The notes beneath the pieces are model-generated. The model searched no databases and was not told the DNA's origin. It worked only from the letters and a program-made list of their open reading frames with translations. This document shows positions 39,901 to 49,405 of a stretch of 64,000 nt of DNA, piece after piece. Location: the IMG/VR virus record IMGVR_UViG_3300021255_000062, positions 32,001-96,000 of that record; one strand, written 5' to 3'. The translations under genes were made by a program, and so were the position numbers. This DNA is from a virus. Its lineage: Duplodnaviria; Caudoviricetes. The first letter of the stretch is position 1. Each line of letters starts with the position of its first letter.

Positions 39901-42900
39901 TTCAAATTTTGTAACATATTGATCTAAATCTTGAGTAGCTAATTTTACATCACCGTGACGCCTATTAATAGCTGCAGTCCAACGATCTTCGCCCGCGGCC
40001 AACTTAATATAATTTTGGAGTTGTTCATTTCCCCATTCGTTATTGGCCATATATTCTTTGACAGCCTTAGCATTTTCTTTAACAAAATCTTCGCCTTCAC
40101 CAGTATCAATTCCGGCATCAAAATTTTGAATAATATTATGAGCTTCTAAAGCAACATCCTTTAGTCTATTAATACTGCTTAATAATTTAAGCATAGACTC
40201 ATTCAGGGTAGAAAATTTTCCAGATTCAATACCATTTAATGCCGCTGCTAATCCATTTGCTGAAACTTCTCCGCTGTCTAGTAAAGCCTTAAGAGAACGA
40301 CTCTGCTCAGCTGCCTTTAAAATGCCGGCACCGTCAATTTCTCCTACCGCATTTTTAAAATCATCTGCGTTTTCTTGAAGTTCGGTCCAGTCGCTACCAA
40401 GAAATTCATCAAAGGTATCTCCCAAAAGATTGGCCCCACTTGCAGTTTCTCGCATAGTCTGTCCCATCTCTTGCAAATCTTCATCACTGGAATTGATTAA
40501 TTTTGTATATGTTTCTAAACGTGATGCAGGAGACTCCCAGGTAACTCCCTCAATGATATCATTAAATTTTTGAATCTGTTTTTCATCACCAGATATGTAT
40601 ATATCAGAAGCTTGATCCAAAAAGGTTCTCATAGCTTCAGGACCGGCACTTTCATCTAATTTCTTTCCGATGGTAGCTAAAGTATTAACCTGCTCAGAAC
40701 TCATTTTATCCAAATAATTCTGAGCAATTTCTGTAGCATGGTCTTGTCCCTTTTCACCATCTAATTCAGAACGATCAAATTTAGAAGTTGCAAGCATTGC
40801 TCCCAAGTCTTCATAGGTTTGTCTTTCTGTATCTAGAATTGCTTGCGCGCGATCCTGAACCCAATCGCCCAATTCTTTTCTATATTTATCATCAGAAGCA
40901 TTAGTAACCTCTTCTGGGCTAACTCTCATCAAAGCAGCGACTTCTTCATTTTTTAGTTGACTAATGGCCTCCGACAATTGACCGGGATCGCCAACAATAT
41001 CTTTAAGTGCGTCACGATCAACATCAATATTACTACTTAAGATATCAGACAATAAACTACCAGAATTTTCATAAGTTCCCTTTAGTCCTTCAGAAAATTT
41101 TCGATCAATAGTATCTAATACATCATCTAAATTTGAGCCATCTACATTAAAATCTGTTAATACACTAATTTTTGGAAAGGCATCTTTTATAGTCTTTTCA
41201 TAATCTATCTCTTCTCCGTTTTGATCAGTTACTTTTTTTGAAACCGCGTCATAATTATATCCGTAAAAATCTGCGTATGCTTCTTTTTGCTTTTCTTTAT
41301 TAACAAATTTTGCTTCAGCCTCAGCTTGCTTAAGTGCTGTGTCATAAGTATTAGCATAAATACCAGCAATTTTATCTCTTCGTCCTACTTCTACTTCTGT
41401 AAGAGAATTACTAATTGCCTGTTGGTTTGCCAAATTCTCAGCATTCTTTGCACTATCTTCATAAAGTTTAACCTCTTTTTCTAGGGTCTTTACTCTTTTT
41501 TCCTCTTCAGCGGTTAAAGTCTTTTCAATTTTAACATTATTTATCGCGGCCGCTGGATTGGTTGGGCCAGTAATTTGATTAATTTTATTTTGGCTACGTT
41601 CTGCTTCCTGTCTATCTTCTTCAGCCTTTAAACGAGCACTTTGAAGAATATTTAATGCTGAAGCATTGCCAACCCTTTGTGCCTGCTGTTTTTTGATAAA
41701 ATTGACGCCCTCTTCATTTATATGTTTTAATCCATTTTTATCTGTAGATAAATATTTAGGATTATTTAATTCAGGATATTTTAAAAGTAATTCATCAATT
41801 TGATGGTTAGCCTCAGTTAACTTCTCATTAAATTCAGCAGTACCAGCAACCAAACTTTCAAAAGCTTCTTCATTAGTTTTAATTTGTTCTAAGGAATCAT
41901 TCAATTCAGAAGACTCTTGTTTTAAAGAATTATAAGCATCTGAAGCGGTTTTGGCGGTATTAGTAAATCTTTCCATTCGCTCTGCATCTGTTTCTATAGC
42001 AGCATCAAGTGCTTTATATATAACTATTGCAGCACCTATAACAGCAATAATAGCTAAAAGCGGAACCATGGTACTCCGAATACTCGTAGCAAGAGCTTTA
42101 AAAGTATTACCTAAAGTTAAATTAGTCCCCGCCTGAACTATCTCTTCACCAGTGAGCTGTTGAGTCGCAGCGGCATCTAGTTGTTTAGCCAAAGCGTCTG
42201 CTCTTGCGGCTTCAAAATTCTTAATAAAGCCTGTCGATAGCGCCCCTAGGGTTGTACCTAAAGTTGTCATAACCGATCCAATCGCCGAAAGCATTCCACC
42301 AAATGGCCCCATTTTTGCGCCGACTTGTTGAAGAACTATTCCCATTTGTGTTAAACTGGTTGTAAAAGTACCAGTTTTTTGAGTCAAACTATCTAGCCTA
42401 CTCTCGGTAGGTTTCATACTGTTAAAAATACCCTGGGCTTGTTCTGGAGAGAGTTCTCCATTTTGAACCATTCCAGTTAATGTAGCAGTAACTTTTGTTC
42501 TTTTTTGAACTGTTAATTCGTCATTTCCAATCTCATTTTTAATTTTTGTTTTAACTTGTTCATCTAAATCTAAAGAATCTATATGCTCTAAAACAGTATC
42601 AACATTTACTGGTTGCTTTGCAGTTAAAGGTGCCATCGCTCTGCTAGATAACCTTTTCTCAACTTTATCGCGATATGCCTGTTGTATTTTAGCCTCATCT
42701 GGTCCCGCATTGACTCCAAAACCGCTCGTAAAATTTTTTCTAAAATTTCCTTCGTTACTCCACCAACCAGCGCCTGCCATTATTGATCCACGAGTAAACT
42801 TTTTAGCAAAATTTAATCCAGCTAAAGTTGCCCCCAATGTTAAAAATGACTTGGTAAAACCTTTCATCGGTCCAGTTACACGACTTAAAGTATCAATAAT

Positions 42901-44808
42901 TTTATTAACAATAGAGAAAAATCCTGTTAAACCGTCTACTCCCGCCTTTAAAATTTTATTATTCATTAGCCCCATCGTAAATTGATTCCAAGCATTTTTC
43001 AGCTGATTCAATTTAGATGACATTGAATCCATGGTTTTTTCAAACTGTTTCTGAGATGCGCCTGCACTATTATTAGCCTCTTCAACCAGTTCCATAGTAC
43101 GATCATAGTTACTCATCATCGCAATAAAACGAGATTGCTGTCTAGAACCTGCTGCGGTTGTAGCGATATATCTCTGCTGACCTTGACTTAAAGAGTCCCA
43201 TTTTTCAGAAATTTCTAAAAATACATCATCAAGATCTCTAAATTCACCCTTAGTATTAGTAAGAGATACACCTATGGTTTTTAAGGCAGTATCGACCTTA
43301 TTAACGTCCATGGCAACGCCTTCAGAATCCACTAGCTTGGTGGGGTCTTGTTTCATCTCCTGGAATCGCGCGATAATAGTTTTCATCGCTGTACCAAGAT
43401 TTTCGGGTGCCTCTCGAGTCGTTTCAATCATTTGAGCCAAGAAAGCTGAGGTTGTTTCAAAATCCATATTGGCAGAATTCGCAAGAGAAGCTGTTTTTTC
43501 CATCGCAGTACCGAGCTCTTGTGTATTTGAAGCAGTAATTGCTGCTAACTTAGAATACACATCATTAATTCTTTGTGCCGATACTTGATTGATTTCCATA
43601 TTGAAACCACGAAGTGCAGCGGTCATCATATCCGTAGCTTCTGCTGCATCCATACCCGCGATACGAGCCATTTTAAGAGTCTCATTGGCAAGACCCATAG
43701 CTTGATTTTGATTTAATCCCTGTTGATAGTAAAGAGTTGCAGCATCATATACGTCTTTAATAGTTGACCCTAACTGATTTGCTTGTGCAGTATAAGTAGG
43801 AAGCATCTCCCACATATCACCAACGTCAAAATTAGTTACAACCGCTGTTTCAGTCATAGCCTGGTCTAATTCTTTAACAGTATTAAAGGCACTTTTAGCA
43901 ATATTACCAACCTTTCGAATCATTTGTGACAAGCCAAAATAACTTTGAACTTGACGATCTATCATTTGAACTTGTCTATTAAAATCAAATTCTTTATCAT
44001 GTATATTTTGTAAAGATTTGACAACACTTTCGGCGCCCTGTTCGGTATCCCTTAAACCTTTTTGAACGTCACCGAAAGCAGACATACCCTTAGAGCCAGT
44101 AGAAATTAATTCATTATTAAGTTCTGTTATCTTGCCCATTAAGGGAGCGGCAGATTTTTCCGCAGCTTCAAGTTCAATTCGCATATCTCGGAGAGAGTTA
44201 CCCCATTTTAGATCTGTATTTTCAGACATTTGAGATTTAAAGCGAGCATAGTGATTCTCTAATTCAGTAAGAGCCTCTCTAGCTTTTACCAGACCATCTG
44301 GCCCTCCACCCGTTAAACCTTCTTGAAAAACATTAAGCAATCCGTCCGGCCCAACAATTTTATTGGACTTGGTCAATCCTCTAATTTGCTCTAATGGTCC
44401 GGTTATTTTACTTGGGTCAACCTTAATTTTATCTAATTCTGCCTGCACGCCTCTAATTTTATTAGTGATAGAAGCGAAAGCACCTTCATCTAATTTAAAA
44501 AGCTCCTTAAAATCCTTAGGCTTTATTTTATTAAAATCATTAACAATTTTCTGATAGGAGCTTAACATCGAACTTAAACTCCTATTTACAGCATTATTAT
44601 CCCCTTGAGTTTTAATTCCACCCGAAAGCTTTTGCTGATATCTATCATATTCCCTCATAAAGTTAGAAATATTTTGAGTTAAATTATTTCCTAACTTATC
44701 AGGTACTTTTAACTTAGTCAATGCCCTTTGGACACTATTGACGTTACTTACAACGTCACTAAAATCGCCTATACCTTTTATGGTAATACCAATAACTTGA
44801 TCGGCCAT
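33979..44808 (-). CDS. tail tape measure protein (3609 aa)
   Basis: TP901-type TMP core (ELDQAMTE...AGSRQQSRFIAMM), hydrophobic segments, long coiled coils; follows the tail tube genes. Confidence 0.9.
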   Translation of the reverse strand: MADQVIGITIKGIGDFSDVVSNVNSVQRALTKLKVPDKLGNNLTQNISNFMREYDRYQQKLSGGIKTQGDNNAVNRSLSSMLSSYQKIVNDFNKIKPKDFKELFKLDEGAFASITNKIRGVQAELDKIKVDPSKITGPLEQIRGLTKSNKIVGPDGLLNVFQEGLTGGGPDGLVKAREALTELENHYARFKSQMSENTDLKWGNSLRDMRIELEAAEKSAAPLMGKITELNNELISTGSKGMSAFGDVQKGLRDTEQGAESVVKSLQNIHDKEFDFNRQVQMIDRQVQSYFGLSQMIRKVGNIAKSAFNTVKELDQAMTETAVVTNFDVGDMWEMLPTYTAQANQLGSTIKDVYDAATLYYQQGLNQNQAMGLANETLKMARIAGMDAAEATDMMTAALRGFNMEINQVSAQRINDVYSKLAAITASNTQELGTAMEKTASLANSANMDFETTSAFLAQMIETTREAPENLGTAMKTIIARFQEMKQDPTKLVDSEGVAMDVNKVDTALKTIGVSLTNTKGEFRDLDDVFLEISEKWDSLSQGQQRYIATTAAGSRQQSRFIAMMSNYDRTMELVEEANNSAGASQKQFEKTMDSMSSKLNQLKNAWNQFTMGLMNNKILKAGVDGLTGFFSIVNKIIDTLSRVTGPMKGFTKSFLTLGATLAGLNFAKKFTRGSIMAGAGWWSNEGNFRKNFTSGFGVNAGPDEAKIQQAYRDKVEKRLSSRAMAPLTAKQPVNVDTVLEHIDSLDLDEQVKTKIKNEIGNDELTVQKRTKVTATLTGMVQNGELSPEQAQGIFNSMKPTESRLDSLTQKTGTFTTSLTQMGIVLQQVGAKMGPFGGMLSAIGSVMTTLGTTLGALSTGFIKNFEAARADALAKQLDAAATQQLTGEEIVQAGTNLTLGNTFKALATSIRSTMVPLLAIIAVIGAAIVIYKALDAAIETDAERMERFTNTAKTASDAYNSLKQESSELNDSLEQIKTNEEAFESLVAGTAEFNEKLTEANHQIDELLLKYPELNNPKYLSTDKNGLKHINEEGVNFIKKQQAQRVGNASALNILQSARLKAEEDRQEAERSQNKINQITGPTNPAAAINNVKIEKTLTAEEEKRVKTLEKEVKLYEDSAKNAENLANQQAISNSLTEVEVGRRDKIAGIYANTYDTALKQAEAEAKFVNKEKQKEAYADFYGYNYDAVSKKVTDQNGEEIDYEKTIKDAFPKISVLTDFNVDGSNLDDVLDTIDRKFSEGLKGTYENSGSLLSDILSSNIDVDRDALKDIVGDPGQLSEAISQLKNEEVAALMRVSPEEVTNASDDKYRKELGDWVQDRAQAILDTERQTYEDLGAMLATSKFDRSELDGEKGQDHATEIAQNYLDKMSSEQVNTLATIGKKLDESAGPEAMRTFLDQASDIYISGDEKQIQKFNDIIEGVTWESPASRLETYTKLINSSDEDLQEMGQTMRETASGANLLGDTFDEFLGSDWTELQENADDFKNAVGEIDGAGILKAAEQSRSLKALLDSGEVSANGLAAALNGIESGKFSTLNESMLKLLSSINRLKDVALEAHNIIQNFDAGIDTGEGEDFVKENAKAVKEYMANNEWGNEQLQNYIKLAAGEDRWTAAINRRHGDVKLATQDLDQYVTKFENGFQAAYDDIMAKKGINGKSIISNIDKAVSEKEISETLGNKFKDLRVRWDKNGFMQWNFGELTTDELETYFQKAYGVSEEYAKLFLQDILNYNETEATKLAANDLKKAITTDDFKDEHKDTNGKLVLSNSEIEMIESAPGGEEALAELAAAAGTSVDALKAHALQVTKDGKAITNYDKLFSEYQKKVFKGKPLYKQEQFLDENKRFDISKVQSDAKQRGMDDEQAIQMAYKAYEQAQNAKKDFSYEGQRLDEGLNLEEFKEQISSMTESSQWVTVGQTIGDQIVNAMKSIDWSALIKKSEESNLNQTTSSQLFGPGFTFGANNVNDKGLQNVYNKTKEENGEATGKDIANAVSSYLAEHRQELSNLNESQQRDAINGIVNKMNEWKIDPESMRKAINDGLGTKFKEGDLTGKEGNVTLNQKALQDQLKNTTFEINATANITDVKSGVQSAKASGQNNPNSAFHRTGTMARGSRGGYTISGRPTLTGEEGEELVWEPKRNEAYMVGSNGPQFANISKDAVVWNADQTKRIKKNSGSVGRVGTGARGITPVGTMAGGTGGTGGLKIPGTGTMDIIGNVIETIEPATKPTVSVIGKLEFGEQEKGNPLSKLFGGNKQGPTVKALVEATSLKVADEAKKIKGVEGSISKIEKNGQVSGEPVKLSGVVTNVTTKTTQSKQQKQTKQQTSQPKNTTSTHTVQTKATNTAQNTINSIKAKLIKIPTAIDNGARNALNALKSKVPHLKVPITADFRGPWTKSVKITKAATGKNNHIQYHSAPTFGSAARGPYGTIGPKDKGGLTLTGEKGYEIAWLPSENRSMILGVGGPQMITLPEDAVVYTHEQSEDILKRKSIDAGSHSGRRKPSKSTNKSSKSSKSSKSSKKSKKSKSSKKGTGSSKDAANVAAISNIVVWWENITRLADAAQRRADKNQKTYEKYLKELRATLKTTGTTGGGNAFIDNTRKAIKLYTDQLNQARKELTNLDKGTAAQQAKKKNANKDAFNAEEGGAVQISYSKGGKKKKTVNKTVATAGYIKEQDGTYVIDQAALNKVKNKDERKALRDALNKEINDRISKRNTAEDNIEKAQEALEKFSEELYNTFFAWENELTRIWNITQRIDQAQSRMSRNDAYEELLKAQLSTGKLAAGAGSKSKDLTNFRSKLETQNQLLEDRQDAIAASQQNLQNILNSGDEKKFLADVNSRLNADAQATQKANKKAKLDQAKQAKTNYDNAVKNREVTQANLDKVQEKINKLNKKKKLSKAQKKELKNLKTQQNNLKKQITDYNKTINDNTALANQINKLQQEYNETASGIALNETQRAGYKQYKEELEKQLSAEDMARRFTNITQRADGTIDIQFDTTAFENERSNGNITSDMAKAVQDWVKKLQEASTDLQKNYEELTKEATEYYTQLESLQDEWANYGKELTEISETYEKEKIDKIKQLSDSVKEALNKLLDDVKGKLDERRKQEENTKTERDISQKQQRLAALRADTSGGNQVEIAQLEKEISEAQQSYQTSLEDQLLDKLQQQADLAAEQRERQIELQETLVDSVNNIEKVNEWMANPEAFGEEIRAAYYSKNDYDEVTKAEREQIETEFNEFYNGLITNQQKQNDLGTKIQSIESIISTIETYVKQQTQTLATAKQDKYTAAQAQKIYGASLSDLRTVGKYTVNDFQQSGYSYQQIKQAGFGASAFKSGNVSYGNAKSAGFTLDELEKGGYTEATVEKTKAAADESAKAAAAAKAEKEAAEKAAAAKAAADKQAKYDAYINKLREVKQIKPASVKKEHINDLFDLGSKAGYGKASVLQHLVDGTGGSDPFTWNNIFKAILGAEGIDRYNLVKTWPDGNGSLASAIKTLKNNPNTYAEIKKHKNYKNATALKFATGGLANYTGPAWLDGTPSKPELVLNSTDTKNFIALRDILSKVIGSTNSSNNSYANSEFNININVDKIADDYDVNRIITKVKKEIVKSAGYRNVAQVRNFR

Positions 44809-44847
44809 CTACTTTCCCTCCAATAAAAAAATGACGCTAATTAAAAA

Positions 44848-45648
44848 TTAACGCCATTCTGAATCCTTATCTATATCATCATCCAAAAAGTATATCTCTA
44901 ATGCTTTTGATTGTTTGCGCGCCCCTGTTGAAAAAGCTGTGGCACTAAACTGTCCCACAACTGGTTGCGCTTTTTTACCTAAAGTGAGATTAAAACCTGA
45001 CGTAATTTTTAATTTTGGAATATAGATAATCGCAGTATGAGTTTCCCCAGTTATATCATCTTTAAATCTCGTTCTACCTTCTAAACTCACATAATTTTCA
45101 AAGATGTCTTCTCCAACGAAACTTACATCTGCGCCATTATCATAAGCATATTCATAATCTACAATAACATCTTTATAAATTAAGGGAGTTTGAAGTGTTT
45201 GTTGATCTACAAAAGTTAGACCTGTCAGTTTCTCACCGGTTTCTTTATTATAAACAAAAATCCATGAATCTATTGGAACATGAGTTAATGTTATTTTTCC
45301 TTCATCATTTGTTTCTAGTTCATCTCGTTGTGCAATTCGCACTATCTGATTATCTTTTAAAGAAATAAGACGCATATTATTCATTAGTGCTAATTGCGTT
45401 TTAGAAAAGACTCCTTGTGTAAAAACTAAATCTACTCCCTCAGTTTTATTCCAAACTACCAACTTACGATTCTGATAGCCACCCTGTGCAGAAGCTTCTT
45501 TATGAATTTCATGAAAGTTAGCAATTAGAATTTTATCAAACGCTGCGATTACCTCTCCTGCAGCGATTTGTTTTCCTTTTATCTCTATAGGATAAGTAGA
45601 TTTTAGTTGCACAAAGTATAGTTCTTGTAAACCAAATTCTTTATCCAT
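44848..45648 (-). CDS. tail tube paralog (minor tail protein)
   Basis: aligns by eye to 45716-46696: FGLQE~YGIKE, AQGG..NRKLVVW~ATGG..NVKLLTW, IPKLKI~VPKGKV. Confidence 0.65.
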   Translation of the reverse strand: MDKEFGLQELYFVQLKSTYPIEIKGKQIAAGEVIAAFDKILIANFHEIHKEASAQGGYQNRKLVVWNKTEGVDLVFTQGVFSKTQLALMNNMRLISLKDNQIVRIAQRDELETNDEGKITLTHVPIDSWIFVYNKETGEKLTGLTFVDQQTLQTPLIYKDVIVDYEYAYDNGADVSFVGEDIFENYVSLEGRTRFKDDITGETHTAIIYIPKLKITSGFNLTLGKKAQPVVGQFSATAFSTGARKQSKALEIYFLDDDIDKDSEWR

Positions 45649-45715
45649 CTATTTAGTTCCTCATAAAAACAAAACGGAGGAGCTTACCGCCCCTCCGCCA
45701 TCAAATTTTATTTAA

Positions 45716-46696
45716 TTAACCTTCGTCTGTAACATTAGCACCCTCAGTTAAAGAAGCACCAGTAATAGTAGAAGCATTAGTAGCATAAGCATCTCTCTGA
45801 TTTGGTCCATTATAATGGTCTAATACAGAAGCTACACCCTTATTAGTACCAGCACCTGTACCTTCAGCACCAAGTGTATACTTAACAAGTTTAATCATGG
45901 AGCCGTCTGTAGCTTTCAGACAGTTAACTGTCATAGAGAAAGTAGCGGGATCTCCATCTGCTTCCATTGTAAGAGAAACGTCCTCAGCAGAAACTTTTCC
46001 CTTCGGAACGATAAACTGAAGGAACTCATCCTTACCAGACTCAAAGTTTCTAGCAAATGTATCACCAGTAATATAATAAGTATTGGCATCAAAATTAGAT
46101 GTAATATCAATAGTAATACCATTAGAAACAATACCATTTGCACTTATCGTTCCATCAGCTCCAACTTTAACTGCATCAAGCAGATCAAAAGTAACAAAAT
46201 CCCAAGCAACAGGGGAAGCCTTTGTAGCATCCTCTACTTTTACCGGAGAAGGAGTTGTTTGGCCACTAGTATAAACAAAATAAGTACATTTTGTTTTATC
46301 AATAGCATAAGTTCCATCTTTAATAGTAAACTTCCAATAAGCAGTAGATCCACTACCAGTTGCAGTAGTAACCTCGCTGAATTTTAAAGTTTTAAGAACC
46401 TCCTGGCTACTACCATTGTCCTTCATAGTACCACCGAACATGATACCAAGAGACTTAGCACTAAACAGAGCGTCCTCAAGTGTCAGTTTAATTTCCTTAT
46501 TTGTATCCCAAGTAAGCAGCTTAACATTACCCTTACCACCTGTGGCATCTACAGTTTCAGCGGACTGCTCAATTGTAGAAACCTTTAAAGAATCAAGGTA
46601 AAGAGCGGGAGCAGAAGGTGCGCCCTTAGAGTCTAACTCATAGAACACTACGTCAGCAACTTCTTTAATACCATATTTATCAAGAATACTCGCCAT
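45716..46696 (-). CDS. major tail tube protein
   Basis: position in operon; followed by a terminator-like hairpin. Confidence 0.7.
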   Translation of the reverse strand: MASILDKYGIKEVADVVFYELDSKGAPSAPALYLDSLKVSTIEQSAETVDATGGKGNVKLLTWDTNKEIKLTLEDALFSAKSLGIMFGGTMKDNGSSQEVLKTLKFSEVTTATGSGSTAYWKFTIKDGTYAIDKTKCTYFVYTSGQTTPSPVKVEDATKASPVAWDFVTFDLLDAVKVGADGTISANGIVSNGITIDITSNFDANTYYITGDTFARNFESGKDEFLQFIVPKGKVSAEDVSLTMEADGDPATFSMTVNCLKATDGSMIKLVKYTLGAEGTGAGTNKGVASVLDHYNGPNQRDAYATNASTITGASLTEGANVTDEG

Positions 46697-46720
46697 ATTA
46701 AATAGCCTCCTATAATTCTT

Positions 46721-47470
46721 TTAGTCTAAATTTTTAATCCAATATTTCGGTTTAACTTTTTTACTATCCGCGCCAGCTAATAAAGCTCGTATATCAACAT
46801 CATATTCTTCATTCTGTTGATACATAGCTATTAACCACTGTACACACGCATAGCTCATCTCTCCAATATTAAGTGGATTTAAACCAATCCCCATACAACA
46901 AATTGCAGCAAGTAAGGTTCCTAAAGTTGGAGCAGTTTTTGCTTTTTTAGAATTGAGAATTTTTTCACGTTCTTTAATCTTCATTTTCCATCGCTTAACC
47001 CGTGGATCTTCAATTTCTTCATCCTCTGTTAAAACAATAGGTTTTAATCCTATTGATAAGCGTATTTTGTTTTGAAAATCAAAGAAATTTTCTTCTGTTA
47101 TTAATCGAGGATTCTCCAAATCAACATCTGGATCTATTTCTTCCTCTTTTTTACCTATGAGTAGCATTTCAATTTCTGGAACTATAGTAACTGATTCATG
47201 GATAAATAATTCAAAGGCATTTTCTATATAACTTCTCATTTTTTCTTCAGCGTAATAATTCATCATTAGATATTGAAATGGAGTAGGAATATGTTTAACA
47301 GATTCGTCTTTTAAATAAATCTCATCTAATTCTTCTTGTGTAATTGTAAAAATTGACAAATACACATTAAAATTCTCATTGCCAACAACATCATTTACTT
47401 TTGGTGGATAAACCATACAAATATCTTCAAATTTTATTGGGTAGCCAAGAAAAATTTTATCATTAATCAT
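46721..47470 (-). CDS. structural-module protein (possible tail assembly chaperone)
   Basis: position in operon; acidic. Confidence 0.45.
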   Translation of the reverse strand: MINDKIFLGYPIKFEDICMVYPPKVNDVVGNENFNVYLSIFTITQEELDEIYLKDESVKHIPTPFQYLMMNYYAEEKMRSYIENAFELFIHESVTIVPEIEMLLIGKKEEEIDPDVDLENPRLITEENFFDFQNKIRLSIGLKPIVLTEDEEIEDPRVKRWKMKIKEREKILNSKKAKTAPTLGTLLAAICCMGIGLNPLNIGEMSYACVQWLIAMYQQNEEYDVDIRALLAGADSKKVKPKYWIKNLD

Positions 47471-47954
47471 ATGAAGTCAGTGTGAACGTTTGTTCATAAT
47501 CTGAAATTTCTTCAGTTAAAAAGTTCAAATCAAAGTCTCCGCCTGTTAATTTTCCTAGCCCCTCAATTTTTTTATCATTTAAAGATTTTTGAATTTCCCC
47601 CATAATGGCAAAAGGTCTTAAATTAGTTCCCTTAATTATCCATTGAGTCATTGGCACGAAAGTTTCCACATTAACTATAACACTTTTAAACTCACTATTT
47701 GTTACTAAACCACGACCGCGCGAGATACGTATCGCGACTATGGAATGAGCAGTTTCTTTTGGTCCGACACGTGGAACTATTTTAATTAATTTTTCAAATA
47801 TCTCATTCTGTATTTGTTCTTGGGTCAAATCCTCATGACTCAAAGGATCCTTATCGGTATAGTACAATAGCTTTAACAAGTTTTGATTAGCCATAAGTCT
47901 CTTTACTATATATTGCGCGTTTACTCCTATGTCAGAACAATTTCTTACTCCCAT
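47463..47954 (-). CDS. putative tail terminator/completion protein
   Basis: position and size. Confidence 0.5.
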   Translation of the reverse strand: MGVRNCSDIGVNAQYIVKRLMANQNLLKLLYYTDKDPLSHEDLTQEQIQNEIFEKLIKIVPRVGPKETAHSIVAIRISRGRGLVTNSEFKSVIVNVETFVPMTQWIIKGTNLRPFAIMGEIQKSLNDKKIEGLGKLTGGDFDLNFLTEEISDYEQTFTLTSYD

Positions 47955-48691
47955 TATTCTACACCCCCATTAATCCAAAAGAAGTCATCATCACTATCTC
48001 CTTCTTGTTTTTTAGGTGGGGGAGTCAAATCGCGAATATATTGTGGGTCAACAGACACAAATTCAACACCGGGTGTCGATTGTGTATCATAACCAGTAAC
48101 TACATAGGCTTCTTTAATAGACTCCAATTTTTTACCAGCGTTTACCTCTAAATAATCATCTTTTCTAATGTTTTCATTTAAAGGCATAATAAAGAAACTT
48201 AATTTTAAATTCTCCGTATATAAAACTTTACTTCTACTGCGCGATTTTAATTCATCTTTTAGCATATTATCTTCTTGTCCATAAAAATAAGCCCAAGAAG
48301 TTTGTAATGTGCCTTGTCTATCTTTCCATGAAAGCATATGCGTCATTTTTAATACAATGTATCTATTATATCCACTAGCTTTCATATCTTCTAAATAATA
48401 AATAAGCCATGGTTGTAATTCATTATTTTTATCTGGAATAAAGAGAAGAGTTCCACTCGGCATATCCAAATGAACATTTGTTAGTAAATATTGCATAGTT
48501 TTTGTTTCATTTTGTCTCATCGGAGTTAATTCGCCCTCGCACATTTCATCTCCATATTGAAACTTAACATAATAAACTGATTTCATTAACTGTCGTCGAA
48601 AATTTTCTTCTCTTTGCCCCTGCATGCGAGATTGAAAATCTATTCCGTACCTATTCAACCTCTTTAAATATATATCTTCATAATATCCCAT
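47954..48691 (-). CDS. putative head closure/stopper protein
   Basis: position in neck module. Confidence 0.45.
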   Translation of the reverse strand: MGYYEDIYLKRLNRYGIDFQSRMQGQREENFRRQLMKSVYYVKFQYGDEMCEGELTPMRQNETKTMQYLLTNVHLDMPSGTLLFIPDKNNELQPWLIYYLEDMKASGYNRYIVLKMTHMLSWKDRQGTLQTSWAYFYGQEDNMLKDELKSRSRSKVLYTENLKLSFFIMPLNENIRKDDYLEVNAGKKLESIKEAYVVTGYDTQSTPGVEFVSVDPQYIRDLTPPPKKQEGDSDDDFFWINGGVE

Positions 48692-48965
48692 CTTCTACCT
48701 CCTCATATTTAGAAAGTAAAGACATACAATCGAAAATTGTACTTCTAAAATATTCATATCTTAAATATCTTAAAGAAGAGATTTTATGAAACAAAGTATA
48801 ATAGTTTATGGTTCTTTCTTCCGGTTCAAAACCGCTCAATTCAATAAGGATTGAATCTAAGAATTTCTCCCATTCTCTTCCCTTTTCATATTCGCAGAGT
48901 AATCCAAATAATTTATTTTTAAGACTATTTGCATAGCCCTCAGCCATACCAGGAATATACTTCAT
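48678..48965 (-). CDS. hypothetical neck-module protein
   Basis: ORF within operon; GGAG SD before the ATG at 48965. Confidence 0.55.
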   Translation of the reverse strand: MKYIPGMAEGYANSLKNKLFGLLCEYEKGREWEKFLDSILIELSGFEPEERTINYYTLFHKISSLRYLRYEYFRSTIFDCMSLLSKYEEVEDGIL

Positions 48966-48966
48966 T

Positions 48967-49395
48967 TTAATTCTCCGCCAATTCTCCATAAGTAAATGGC
49001 CGTCCTTTGCGAGAACGATAATAAATTCTCTCTAATTTTAATGCTTTATATTCCTCTCTTTCAAGTAACTGTTTTAGCTTATCTATTAAGTTAGCTTGAG
49101 AAAAGTCTCTTTCTACATATAGAGGTTTTACATTTTCCCAAGTAAGAATGGTCCTATTCAACCATTCGCATTTCATGTAAGTTGCAAGAATTTGGATTTC
49201 TTCATTAGCGACATTTTTGTCAACAAACTCGTCTCCATCTATTTCTAAGCTAACCCTAGGAAACTTAAAGTAAGGAATAGCAGCATCCAAAAGGGCGCGC
49301 CAATCTTCTTCTCTTTCTTCTTCTGTCCAATTTAACCATTCGTCTTCCAACATTTTTGCCAAAAAGGCATCATATACATCATAGACTGAAGCCAT
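48967..49395 (-). CDS. putative head-tail adaptor
   Basis: position; helical protein with DFSQANL motif. Confidence 0.55.
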   Translation of the reverse strand: MASVYDVYDAFLAKMLEDEWLNWTEEEREEDWRALLDAAIPYFKFPRVSLEIDGDEFVDKNVANEEIQILATYMKCEWLNRTILTWENVKPLYVERDFSQANLIDKLKQLLEREEYKALKLERIYYRSRKGRPFTYGELAEN

Positions 49396-49405
49396 TTTAT
49401 TTCTC

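Noticed and set aside
34611-44554. Numerous short ORFs within or antisense to the tape measure (and similar shadow ORFs elsewhere)
   Set aside because: Shadow frames of long genes, with no SD or recognisable motifs.
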